NCBI GenBank assembly: GCA_039799905.1
Contig: JBDLRP010000046.1
Coordinates: 39,756 to 103,755 of the forward strand
Direction of reading: 5' to 3'
From: Pseudomonadota bacterium
GTDB lineage: Bacteria; Bdellovibrionota_B; Oligoflexia; Silvanigrellales; Silvanigrellaceae
DNA: 64,000 nucleotides
Positions 39,697 to 48,390 of the stretch are shown piece by piece. The notes under the pieces are model-generated. The model had not been told where the DNA came from, ran no database searches, and worked only from the letters and a program-made list of their open reading frames with translations. Made by a program: the position numbers and the translations under genes. Positions within the stretch are counted from its first letter, which is position 1; every line of letters starts with the position of its first letter.

Positions 39697-41716
39697 CTGG
39701 AAATCCTCCTTCCGGCGGGCGAGGAAAACGCGGCCTGTAGCAATTGGTCTGCAGTGCATCGCGCCAAGTTTGTCGCGCATTATAGGTTCCGCTTTCATCA
39801 AAAAATGGATGCTCGCAAAATCGTGTGCATTGGAGAAGCGCGTTGCCGATTTGAAAGTCCTGCTGCGTCCAACCGCTGCTGCCATAGGATTGCTGTTGAT
39901 TGAATGAAAGACCAAACGGAACGCTTGCCACCACTGCATTTGCGCTTCCGGCCAAAAAATTTGTGTATTCAAGGCGCAGAAGAAAGGGAAAGTCCCAGAT
40001 CAGACCGAGCTCATATGACCCGCCTTGCGAGGCTGAGTGCACCGCAGGAAGGTTTCCCAAAGGTAGCGGCTGCTGCGCGGCAGCGGCAGTGCGGAAGTAA
40101 AGTCTCGATGCGTCGGTAGAATTGGCGGCACAAAAACTGAAAAACTCCCCATTGCCAGCCGTCACACGCTCGTTGTTGAAAAACGTCACCCAAGCAAAAT
40201 CACCCAGAGCTACGTCGGTGGAAATCGCGGTTCGTTGTGGAGCCAATGCGCTGAGAGAATTCATTTTACCCGCATTAGCCTCGGAAAACTTGCTGAGAAA
40301 GTTTTCGTACGACTGTCGAGAGGGAAGGATAGGAAGGCTCGACAACTGCACGGGTCCCAAATTCAATGGGGGACCATCTGGCAGCACTGGACACGAGCGC
40401 TGCGACTCATCTGGAGCAGCAAATGGATCGACTCTGGGATCGACGAATGTTGAGGGACACCAGAGTGCCAGATTCTTGATCAGTGGATTTGTGACGACAT
40501 GCTGGCTTGAGTCAAAAACGAATGCACCGGTGACACGGGGAGACACCCGAGCACGTTCATCGGGTAAAATTTCTGCCAAAGTCTGTTCTAATTTCAACAC
40601 AAGATTTTTCGTCAGATCGTCATGATTCAGTGCGATGTAGAGTGTCATGTCGTTGCCGGCTGCACGAACCTGACTGATTCGTTCCTGAAAAACTGCACTC
40701 ATGCGGTCTTTGAAATCGGCCTGACTGAAGTCATCGGAGCAGATTTCAACCGGACTTTCCAACAGCAAGCGCTGCTTTTGCATGTTGAGATGCTGAAGCG
40801 AAATGGTCCGCCGACAGGGTGCAATTACGAAACCGACAGACGTGGTGCTTTTGACCGGACTGCGCAACGAGGAAAATGCGGCGCGGGTCTCCGGATTTTT
40901 CCGTGCAAACGCCGTGGCCGTAAAGCTGCCGGTTGCATCCTTGACAGTTGCCGACGCACAAACGGAATCCGCCGCAGATGCGGACGCAGGCAAGGCCCGC
41001 TGGTTGAACGCAGCGCGCTCGTTGGTTCGGACGAGATCGTCGACACCGGCCTGACTGTAAGATTGTGGGCAAGCCGGCTCTGCTCCGTAAAGGTATGGAT
41101 TTTCAGGTTCCGCAGTCGACGTATTGCCAAAAGACTGGTTTGTGATCTCGAACATGCGCCGCAGTCCGAGTGCCTGCGCTTCTTCGTTGCGGAGTGCGGG
41201 GAATACGTGTCGCCCGCGCCATTGAACAAAGGAATTGGACTCATCGAAGACTCCATAAACCACAAAGCTTCGATTCTGATGGGCGGTACCGCTCCTAATT
41301 ACAAATGATTCAGGCTTGACCACTGCGGAAATCTCGCCGTCGCGGTGATAGCGGAGGCGAAATGAAAGCGCGCGCGGCTCCTTGACCACTTTGTGACTTG
41401 CACTTCCGCAGATGCGGCCTGCGCCGCAGGAGACAGACTCGTGAATGTGAACCTGTTCACGACTCTGCGGGGCCAACCAGCCAACCTGACCGTCGTCATT
41501 CACATAGCTGACCTCAAAGACACTCTCAGAACGTAAACCGAGTGGTGAGCCGACGTTCCAAAAAAAGAACAGAGTCTGCTCGGCCTCATACCAAACCGCC
41601 TGAGCGATTTGAAACTGCGCCGGCGTGTATTCGAGTGGCACCTTGCTGCATGAGTGCAACAAAAATGCGATGAACGCGGCACAGATTTTTGAGACTTTCA
41701 AACCATTCAATTTCAT
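39686..41716 (-). CDS. large Cys-rich beta-rich lipoprotein (operon gene 9)
   Basis: Lipobox LHS|C, multiple paired Cys (CGAGRIC, CTRFC). ATGA overlap with the upstream gene. Confidence 0.75.
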   Translation of the reverse strand: MKLNGLKVSKICAAFIAFLLHSCSKVPLEYTPAQFQIAQAVWYEAEQTLFFFWNVGSPLGLRSESVFEVSYVNDDGQVGWLAPQSREQVHIHESVSCGAGRICGSASHKVVKEPRALSFRLRYHRDGEISAVVKPESFVIRSGTAHQNRSFVVYGVFDESNSFVQWRGRHVFPALRNEEAQALGLRRMFEITNQSFGNTSTAEPENPYLYGAEPACPQSYSQAGVDDLVRTNERAAFNQRALPASASAADSVCASATVKDATGSFTATAFARKNPETRAAFSSLRSPVKSTTSVGFVIAPCRRTISLQHLNMQKQRLLLESPVEICSDDFSQADFKDRMSAVFQERISQVRAAGNDMTLYIALNHDDLTKNLVLKLEQTLAEILPDERARVSPRVTGAFVFDSSQHVVTNPLIKNLALWCPSTFVDPRVDPFAAPDESQRSCPVLPDGPPLNLGPVQLSSLPILPSRQSYENFLSKFSEANAGKMNSLSALAPQRTAISTDVALGDFAWVTFFNNERVTAGNGEFFSFCAANSTDASRLYFRTAAAAQQPLPLGNLPAVHSASQGGSYELGLIWDFPFLLRLEYTNFLAGSANAVVASVPFGLSFNQQQSYGSSGWTQQDFQIGNALLQCTRFCEHPFFDESGTYNARQTWRDALQTNCYRPRFPRPPEGGFPVDP

Positions 41717-43527
41717 GAAGAGATCAGTTCCACCCAGCTGAGTTTTTGCGAGGTATACTCTTCAACCAGATTCTCCGAGAGTTTATTGCGGGCCAGCGCA
41801 GGATCGCGGCGGGGTCCGGCGGCCGCGGCGGACAAGGCGTTGGCAAGAGAGTTCGGCATTGCCGACTTGATCGCATCGCGGAACGATTGCGACTGTTCGG
41901 AAATCCACGCAGCCAAACTTGCAATGTCGGTATTGAGCATTAATGAAGTGCGCTGATCGGCAGACAACTTGAGCAGCATTTCGGGAAAGAAGATGTACTG
42001 CATCCAGTCGGGAGGCTGTCCGCCGTGCGCCTGAAGTCCCAGCTTTACAACTTCCTTACGCTGCTGGGGTGAAATCATCGGAAGTAAAACCGACAATGCG
42101 GCAGCCGCGTTGATTTCCTGTCCGTGATCCGAAGCCGAGGATGCCGTTCCCAGAGAAGGAACTGGCTTTCCCTCGCTCACACAACGTGCCGCCGTCAGAA
42201 TGGCCGAGAGTTCGTCGCGGGTTGCACGGTTGGAGCGGAGTAATTCGCCTGCACAGGCCGCGCGCTCCGTTTCATTTAACAGCAGTGCCGTGGACCTCTG
42301 CTCGGATGTCGAAATGAGCGAGAATAGAATCGCACCAAGCCGCTTAGGCAGAGAATTCATCAGCTGACGGATTCCGCTCGGGCCGAACTCATCGTGTATA
42401 CGCTGATAGATTTCGGCGTCACTTTGCGAAAGTATTGTTGCTGCGAGAGCGTGTTGATTGAGAATTCTGTAGAACTCAGCTCCGCTCGGGAGGTTTTCGT
42501 TCTTTGCATCCTTGAGATATTCGCTGAACTTGATTTTTCGTCCGGCAAATTCTCCATCTTCAGGAAAATCTGGCTTCACAAGTCCGTCGAATTCAAGAAC
42601 AGCTTTGGCCAGCATCGCGTAATTCTCGTCACGCAACCAGATGACGAACAAAGACTTAAGAACCTTGGGATCCTTTTCTATGCGTGAACGCCAGAGCATT
42701 GAATGCTCGGCAGCAAAGGCCTTCTCGATGGTCTCGACGTCGAGAATTGAAGATTTCTCGGGATCCGGTTTGAGTTCCTGCAAGTCGAGAGGTTCGGGAG
42801 TTGGAGCCGTCAGCGAGGCTTCCATCATTTTCTCTTCCACGGTCTTCACACCCAGCCGGCGCCAAGCCCAAATCAGAGCCAACACACAGATCGTCAGCAA
42901 AATCCCGCCAAACATGGCAGGAAAATAGGGTAAGAGGCTGAGCCACAATTCGCGGAACAAACCCTCTTTGCCGACTTCTGGTCCGGCAGGCTTCTCGGCC
43001 TTTTTGTCGTCGACTTTGTCTGCAGCGGGCGAAGCCGCGGGAGTTGGGAGTGGAGTTGGAGTCGACTTGAGAGAGTCGGGTAGCGGCGGAAGCTGTTTCG
43101 CCTCGACAGTCACCACCGTATAGCCTTTGCTGAGCTTCTGCTCGAGGCGGCGGACGAGTGTCTGCCTGTCTTTGGCGGGAATGCTTGTTTCGGTTGCCAC
43201 CTCGCAACGCGCCGCCGTAAGATATTCCTGAACTGGCACAGAACCTGGGCCGCGCTCATCTCCGATCCCCGGCAGAGCTCCTTGCTTGGGTTTGTCGGTC
43301 GTGGCGTGCGACACATAGAAGCAGCCACGCGAAAAACATTTATCCGCGGGACAATCTTGCGTGAGCGCCAACTCAAATTGATTTTCAAGCCGCTTGAGCT
43401 CTGCTGCTACAGACGGCGGAATGTGCGTCTCAGGAACACCCGAGGCCGCATACGACATTGGTGCTACCAACAACCCAAGCAAAAGCAGCAAACTTTTCAC
43501 GCAACCAACTCCCAAGCTTCGATACAT
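41713..43527 (-). CDS. putative FliF(RBM3)-FliG fusion-like rotor protein (operon gene 8)
   Basis: Signal peptide, then a periplasmic ring-building-motif-like domain with LPGI, a Pro linker and one TM. IEKDPKVLKSLFVIWL resembles the FliF C-terminal helix. SLPKRLGAILFSLI...LLLNETERAACAGEL resembles FliG-M. IFFPEMLLKLSADQRTSLMLNTDIASLAAWISEQSQSFRDAIKSAMP...GPRR resembles FliG-C. Confidence 0.65.
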   Translation of the reverse strand: MYRSLGVGCVKSLLLLLGLLVAPMSYAASGVPETHIPPSVAAELKRLENQFELALTQDCPADKCFSRGCFYVSHATTDKPKQGALPGIGDERGPGSVPVQEYLTAARCEVATETSIPAKDRQTLVRRLEQKLSKGYTVVTVEAKQLPPLPDSLKSTPTPLPTPAASPAADKVDDKKAEKPAGPEVGKEGLFRELWLSLLPYFPAMFGGILLTICVLALIWAWRRLGVKTVEEKMMEASLTAPTPEPLDLQELKPDPEKSSILDVETIEKAFAAEHSMLWRSRIEKDPKVLKSLFVIWLRDENYAMLAKAVLEFDGLVKPDFPEDGEFAGRKIKFSEYLKDAKNENLPSGAEFYRILNQHALAATILSQSDAEIYQRIHDEFGPSGIRQLMNSLPKRLGAILFSLISTSEQRSTALLLNETERAACAGELLRSNRATRDELSAILTAARCVSEGKPVPSLGTASSASDHGQEINAAAALSVLLPMISPQQRKEVVKLGLQAHGGQPPDWMQYIFFPEMLLKLSADQRTSLMLNTDIASLAAWISEQSQSFRDAIKSAMPNSLANALSAAAAGPRRDPALARNKLSENLVEEYTSQKLSWVELISS

Positions 43528-44156
43528 CAGTAGACCCGCACAACCACTCTGCGGTGTCGTGCCAATCGCTCCTCTTCCGACAGTCCGGCCAACTCGGCAT
43601 CAGGCAACGGCTTGGTATCCGCATAAGCCTCAACCCTGATTTTTTGGCGCGGAATACCAAATCCCTCGAGTCTTGCACGCAACTCAATGGCACGTGAACT
43701 TGCAAGTTCCCAGTTCGATGCAAAGCGACCGACACCGTTGACCACGGGAGTACTATCGGTATGGCCTTCCACGGCGAAAGAATATTTTCCGCCGTACGAG
43801 GAGAGCGATTTGAGCATCTCGGTGAGTGTTTGTTCCCATTCAGTGCGAATGGATGCGCTGCCTGAATCAAACATGATTCCGGAGTTCAGTGACAGCGCAA
43901 GTCCGTCATCATTGAGCGCAGTCCGAACCACTTTCTCGAGGCCGGCGACTTTAATTTTTGCGTCAATTTCACGTTGAATGGATTCAAGGCTCTGGGCACT
44001 TTCCTCTCCGCTGAGATTACGCGCAATCTGCTGCATCTTCACACGGGAAATTTGCGCTGCAGACATCAGCATCGCAAAGAACAGCAACAGATTGGTGATC
44101 AGATCGGCATAGGAGAGAAGCCAACCCTCCTCGGATCCTTTGGTACGCCGCTGCAT
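43527..44156 (-). CDS. motB: MotB-type stator subunit (TM with conserved Asp, plug, OmpA-like peptidoglycan-binding domain) (operon gene 7)
   Basis: WLLSYADLITNLLLFF, plug-like ISRVKMQQIARNL, VEGHTD, NWELASSRA, HRRVVV. Confidence 0.9.
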   Translation of the reverse strand: MQRRTKGSEEGWLLSYADLITNLLLFFAMLMSAAQISRVKMQQIARNLSGEESAQSLESIQREIDAKIKVAGLEKVVRTALNDDGLALSLNSGIMFDSGSASIRTEWEQTLTEMLKSLSSYGGKYSFAVEGHTDSTPVVNGVGRFASNWELASSRAIELRARLEGFGIPRQKIRVEAYADTKPLPDAELAGLSEEERLARHRRVVVRVY

Positions 44157-44159
44157 ACC

Positions 44160-44861
44160 TCAGCCCTCCGCCAAAAGATCATTGACGCTCTTTTGGCAAC
44201 GCTCCACCATTCCGATGCGCTCATCGAGAAGGGTGTTGAGATAGTGACTGATTGGACCAGCGATTCCGGCTCCGAAGGCCACTCCGTACAGCGTTGCTGT
44301 CAGAGCGAGCGACATTGCGGTGCCGATATTCGTATTGTCGGAGGTCATGTTTTTGAAGAGTTGAATCATGCCCGTGATGGTGCCCACCATTCCAAATGAC
44401 GGGCCGAGTTTTGACAGCATTTCCCAATTGTGGATGGCCGGCTGCAGCCTCTCGATTTCGTCGTGACGAAGTTCAGTGAACACCTTTTCTGACGATGCGC
44501 CAGCTGCCCTGCGCAGGAGAAGTTGGACAAAAACCTTGCTTGACTCAAACTCAGACTTGTCCAAAAACTCGAGGACCTGCGATTTTTTTCCTTCGCGCCA
44601 CAGCGTACTGATTCGTTCACGTTCGTCGTCCATCAGTTGTGTCTGCCTTGAAAATCGACGCAGCCCCGGGATGAACTCCTTGAGACAGGTCAGTGTTCGG
44701 AGCGCCGTTTTGCTGCTTGATCCGAGCAGCACTGCGGCTGCGCAACCGACAAGCACCATCACGAGTGCGTGTGGGTCGAAGGCGGAGACCTGAGTCATGT
44801 TGCGCGGACTGAACCCGATGGCGATGACGACGAACAACAAAATGATTCCAAACAGCTGCAT
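44160..44861 (-). CDS. motA: MotA-type stator subunit (MotA/TolQ/ExbB channel family) (operon gene 6)
   Basis: From ATG 44861: two N-terminal TMs, WREG...LE, GPSFGMVGTITGMIQLFKNM..IGTAMSLALTATLYGV...PI. The ORF extension to 45080 only overlaps the upstream gene. Confidence 0.85.
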   Translation of the reverse strand: MQLFGIILLFVVIAIGFSPRNMTQVSAFDPHALVMVLVGCAAAVLLGSSSKTALRTLTCLKEFIPGLRRFSRQTQLMDDERERISTLWREGKKSQVLEFLDKSEFESSKVFVQLLLRRAAGASSEKVFTELRHDEIERLQPAIHNWEMLSKLGPSFGMVGTITGMIQLFKNMTSDNTNIGTAMSLALTATLYGVAFGAGIAGPISHYLNTLLDERIGMVERCQKSVNDLLAEG

Positions 44862-44880
44862 TGCCGACCCCGATGAAAAG

Positions 44881-45534
44881 TTATTTGCTATTCTTGTTGC
44901 TGCGCAAATCTTCCAGTTTTTTGCGAACCGACGGATCACTTTCGATCTCTTCAGACTTCTCCCAAATCTCGATCGCCTTCTCGCGTTCGCCCACCAACAG
45001 CAGAATTGAACCCTTGGCTCTGAGAAATTCAGGATGCGAGGGATACCGTGAGAGCACCATTTCAGCATACTCGAGAGCAAGTGAATAATTGGCGTTTCTG
45101 ATTGCCTCTTGCATCAGACTGCGCGAACGCGAGACACTCACATCAGGTGCGTTCTCGTTCACCTTCAATCCTCGCTCGCGATAAGCCTCGGTAAGCGACT
45201 TATCTGCAGCAACCGGCGGCGGAGGAACCAAACGCGTTGTGGGCAAAACCTTGACCTTCTGATTGTCCGCACTGTGCTCAACAATCACTCTTTGCGACGA
45301 AGCCAGCATCGGGATGTCAACCTCAGTGAGAATCTTGCCGTCGTTCCAGCGAACCTTGAGCGCAGTCGTAGAGCCGACACTTTGCGGCTGCAACGGCCGC
45401 CCTTCTTCCCTCAATGAGTCATGCCCGCGCACAGCGTTGTAGATGAGATAATGAGTGTAATTGCGCGGTGTGGCACAACCGGCCAGCAAGGCGGCGAAGA
45501 TGAAATTTAACAACAAAGACAATGAATTTTTCAT
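44881..45534 (-). CDS. TPR-containing lipoprotein (operon gene 5)
   Basis: Lipobox LAG|C; C-terminal TPRs (NYSLALEYAEMVLSRYPSHPEFLRAKGSILLLVGEREKAIEIWEKS). Confidence 0.8.
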   Translation of the reverse strand: MKNSLSLLLNFIFAALLAGCATPRNYTHYLIYNAVRGHDSLREEGRPLQPQSVGSTTALKVRWNDGKILTEVDIPMLASSQRVIVEHSADNQKVKVLPTTRLVPPPPVAADKSLTEAYRERGLKVNENAPDVSVSRSRSLMQEAIRNANYSLALEYAEMVLSRYPSHPEFLRAKGSILLLVGEREKAIEIWEKSEEIESDPSVRKKLEDLRSNKNSK

Positions 45535-46517
45535 GGCACCACCGGAAGAAATGAGCTGTTGAGGGTGGACACGCCGATTCCGACTTTGCCGTTGGTCGAG
45601 ACAAAGAAATTAACTGCATAGTTGCCGTTAAAAACGGGCACCGGAAGACGAGCAATGCCAACAAGTGTCAAAAGCGGATCAACAAACTGCGTCGGTGCAT
45701 CGCCTCCAAAATTTCTTGTCAGCGATCTGATCAGCGCCGTTGGCACGCTCATCAAAAGTTTTCCTCCGAGCATTGCATTCATCAGGTTCGGAAAGGCCTC
45801 GCCATAGGAAGCACCCAATCCTAACACCGGATCAAGCAACGAAGCGGAAACGCCAAAAAACCGCTGATTGAAGCTTCCCCACTGCTCAAGAAAGTCGAGT
45901 GCAATGTGTTGAGACGGATAAAAACCCAAATCAAGAACCGCATGGGTCAGGCTGTCGCCTCGGTGCCTACGTAGAAGGTCTTTGGAAGCGGTGTAGTTCT
46001 GCTGGCTGCGCTGCTGGGCGGAAAAAGCGGGCGAGATATTCTGGGCGAAGACAACTCTGCCCGACACAAGTGACACACCCCTTACGGTGATGCCGTCTGA
46101 ATTTTCAGAGATCCACCAGCCGGTTTGTGACGGTGGAGTGGCACCTCGCATGGCTGAATCGAAGTCTGAAATATCAGCAAGTGTCATTGAATCGGGAGAG
46201 ATGACCTCCAGTCCGGAATCGCGGATTTTGCTGTGACTCGCAGAGCAACCCTCGCAATAGCGAACATTCGCAGGGCCAAATGCACCACGAAGACTCTGTA
46301 TAGACCTGTCGACGAATGAACTCCGGCTCTCTTCATACGAAGGCACGGCTCGGACGATAATGGTGGGAAAAATCTCGCCGGCATTCAACGCAAGGCTGTC
46401 GAGCTGATCGCGCAAAATCTCTTCAAGCCGCAGGAACGACTCTGCTGTGTTCTGACGCTCGGCATGCGCGGAGGATTGCCAAAATAAGGCGATCAAAAAA
46501 GTTAAAATCAGAACCAA
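45531..46517 (-). CDS. secreted protein with CxxC and C-terminal beta-barrel-like region (operon gene 4)
   Basis: GGAGG RBS before in-frame TTG 46517, which overlaps the upstream stop. Signal ending AHA|E, YCEGC, C-terminal beta-strands. Confidence 0.65.
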   Translation of the reverse strand: MVLILTFLIALFWQSSAHAERQNTAESFLRLEEILRDQLDSLALNAGEIFPTIIVRAVPSYEESRSSFVDRSIQSLRGAFGPANVRYCEGCSASHSKIRDSGLEVISPDSMTLADISDFDSAMRGATPPSQTGWWISENSDGITVRGVSLVSGRVVFAQNISPAFSAQQRSQQNYTASKDLLRRHRGDSLTHAVLDLGFYPSQHIALDFLEQWGSFNQRFFGVSASLLDPVLGLGASYGEAFPNLMNAMLGGKLLMSVPTALIRSLTRNFGGDAPTQFVDPLLTLVGIARLPVPVFNGNYAVNFFVSTNGKVGIGVSTLNSSFLPVVP

Positions 46518-47755
46518 AATCCCACCTCCATTCCGGCGGACTGAAATTCGAGCCCTGCGTCCAGGTAGGTGCCGAAGTTCTGCGAACCAGCAAATGCCGG
46601 CATGGACTCCAGGAAAGCGGACAGGCTGACTCTGTTCTTGACGCGTGCCTCGAGTGCCAATCGAAACGAAGAAAAAGATGCTCGCGGTTGAGTGCCGTTG
46701 CGATCTGCAATGATTTCCGCGACGTTGATTGTACTTTTGCGAAAGGTCGCAGCGGTGCTTCCGCGCAGGTTTGTCACCGCACCGCCGACGACAAAATAAA
46801 GGTCGGGCTCCGTGAGAGAGCGCATGCGACCTGAAATCAGCCTGGAAAAACGCCCACCGGCAAGCCAACCGTCATGAGAATCCACTTGGTTTGTGATGCC
46901 GAGATTGAATTCAGCGGTCCAAACTCTGGACTGTGAGAAAGACGTTTCGGCCCCTGCAATGAACCAGACGAGTGGAGGGATAACGACCGCGGCAGTTGCA
47001 GTAGGCCGACCAAAGGGATCTGTTTCTGTGGTGTTCTGCGAAAGAGCAAAATTGTGAACGCCAACACGAATCGGAAATGAGAAGAACGGGTTGTTTCGAA
47101 GAATGTCCAAATACTCCTGCCGCGCCTCGGATGCGCTTTTGAGATTGGCGGCGCTTCGCAATAGAACCGGCGACGTTGTCGAAGTCGAGATGGTTCGGGC
47201 GTAGACTATTGGCAGATTCTCACGGATTTCGGTCACTCTTCCGCGCAGTACCAACTGCGATTTTTCAGCTTCAATATCCAAAAATATGGCGTATTTTGCC
47301 ACCGTTCCAATTCCTGCCGAAGACAAAATCTCATTCAGCCGCAGCCCGCGTCCCATAATTGTTGCGCGCGGTCCGGAATGAGCAACAACAGCACTGCATT
47401 CTGGACAATGAACCAAGTCCATTTTTGTTTCTGAATTCTTGAGAATCAATTCGGCAAAGTGATTCTCAAGATATGCAGTCATTCCTGCCCCAAAACCATA
47501 GGGCACATTGACCCCGGCAAGCACAACGTTGGAACGCGTGGAAAAAATCGGATTCGCCTTCAATCCAAAAACAAACTCATCCAGCAAGTCGGCTGACATG
47601 AGCTGCAATTCGGATGCGACGGACGCACGCGACTTTTCAAGCAAAACAACTTCATCCGGCATTAACGGTTCATTTGCAGCCGCAGAAAGGACACAGAAAA
47701 AAGACGCCACAACTGCCATCAGCTTCAGAACGTGTCGTATCATCAAAGAAGCCAT
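46508..47755 (-). CDS. secreted protein with CxxC domain and C-terminal outer-membrane beta-barrel (operon gene 3)
   Basis: Signal ending SAAA, HCPEC, beta-strand-rich C-terminus ending GMEVGFWF (terminal Phe typical of BAM substrates). Confidence 0.7.
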   Translation of the reverse strand: MASLMIRHVLKLMAVVASFFCVLSAAANEPLMPDEVVLLEKSRASVASELQLMSADLLDEFVFGLKANPIFSTRSNVVLAGVNVPYGFGAGMTAYLENHFAELILKNSETKMDLVHCPECSAVVAHSGPRATIMGRGLRLNEILSSAGIGTVAKYAIFLDIEAEKSQLVLRGRVTEIRENLPIVYARTISTSTTSPVLLRSAANLKSASEARQEYLDILRNNPFFSFPIRVGVHNFALSQNTTETDPFGRPTATAAVVIPPLVWFIAGAETSFSQSRVWTAEFNLGITNQVDSHDGWLAGGRFSRLISGRMRSLTEPDLYFVVGGAVTNLRGSTAATFRKSTINVAEIIADRNGTQPRASFSSFRLALEARVKNRVSLSAFLESMPAFAGSQNFGTYLDAGLEFQSAGMEVGFWF

Positions 47756-48390
47756 TGCCAGTCACCCGTATGTGTACAAAGTCCCGCGTGTAACTGCGTC
47801 TCTGCCGGATTGATTTGAAACAACGCCAACAGTTTTTCGTTTTGGCCAAGATGGCTCGCATACTCGCGGCACAGGATTGGCAAACCCTCAGTTATCTTCA
47901 TTCCCGAAAAAGCAGCCACGGCACTCACTCCCAAAACCGGCGACTGGTCGAAAACTGAATCGCGCAATTCGGACAGCGACGTCTTTGCTGCCGTTGCAAC
48001 TTTCTCTGCAACCAGCGGGTCGTCATGAAAGGCCTCGATACGCCAAAGAGTCTTTTCTGGTGCCCGTAATTTTGCAGTTCTGACAAGTTCGGGAATCTGG
48101 GCGGAAAGTCCGGACAAGAGTGACTCTACGGGCGCCCGACGCTCCGCCATAGGAAGAACACGACCTGTGCATTCCATCAGGTCTTCGTTCATAATTTCGC
48201 CGCGCGGAAATGCTTCATGATTTTCTTCGGACAAACGGCGCCGCATTTGCTCACCGGTGAGCAACCTGCACTCTGCGTCGCTTGAGGTTTCGCGGGCCGT
48301 GCGAAAGAGCCCCGGTGCCGGATCGAAAATTCCGCTCAAAATGAGCGGAACGACAACATACAATGATGCCAAATAGAAAATCAGCATCAT
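47743..48390 (-). CDS. membrane-anchored periplasmic hypothetical protein (operon gene 2)
   Basis: N-terminal hydrophobic anchor, four Cys, ATGA overlap with the upstream gene. Confidence 0.7.
   Translation of the reverse strand: MMLIFYLASLYVVVPLILSGIFDPAPGLFRTARETSSDAECRLLTGEQMRRRLSEENHEAFPRGEIMNEDLMECTGRVLPMAERRAPVESLLSGLSAQIPELVRTAKLRAPEKTLWRIEAFHDDPLVAEKVATAAKTSLSELRDSVFDQSPVLGVSAVAAFSGMKITEGLPILCREYASHLGQNEKLLALFQINPAETQLHAGLCTHTGDWQWLL

Noticed and set aside
43527..44861. Zorya anti-phage system (ZorA/ZorB)
   Set aside because: The MotA-like protein has no long cytoplasmic tail, and there is no ZorC/D/E (helicase or nuclease) nearby. All neighbours are envelope proteins.
44862..45080. 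Long N-terminal extensions in the ORF track (motA to 45080; also 46868, 39972 and 28036 starts)
   Set aside because: They only overlap the upstream genes. Downstream in-frame starts (44861, 46517, 39696, 28243) give clean signal or TM N-termini, two of them with strong RBSs.
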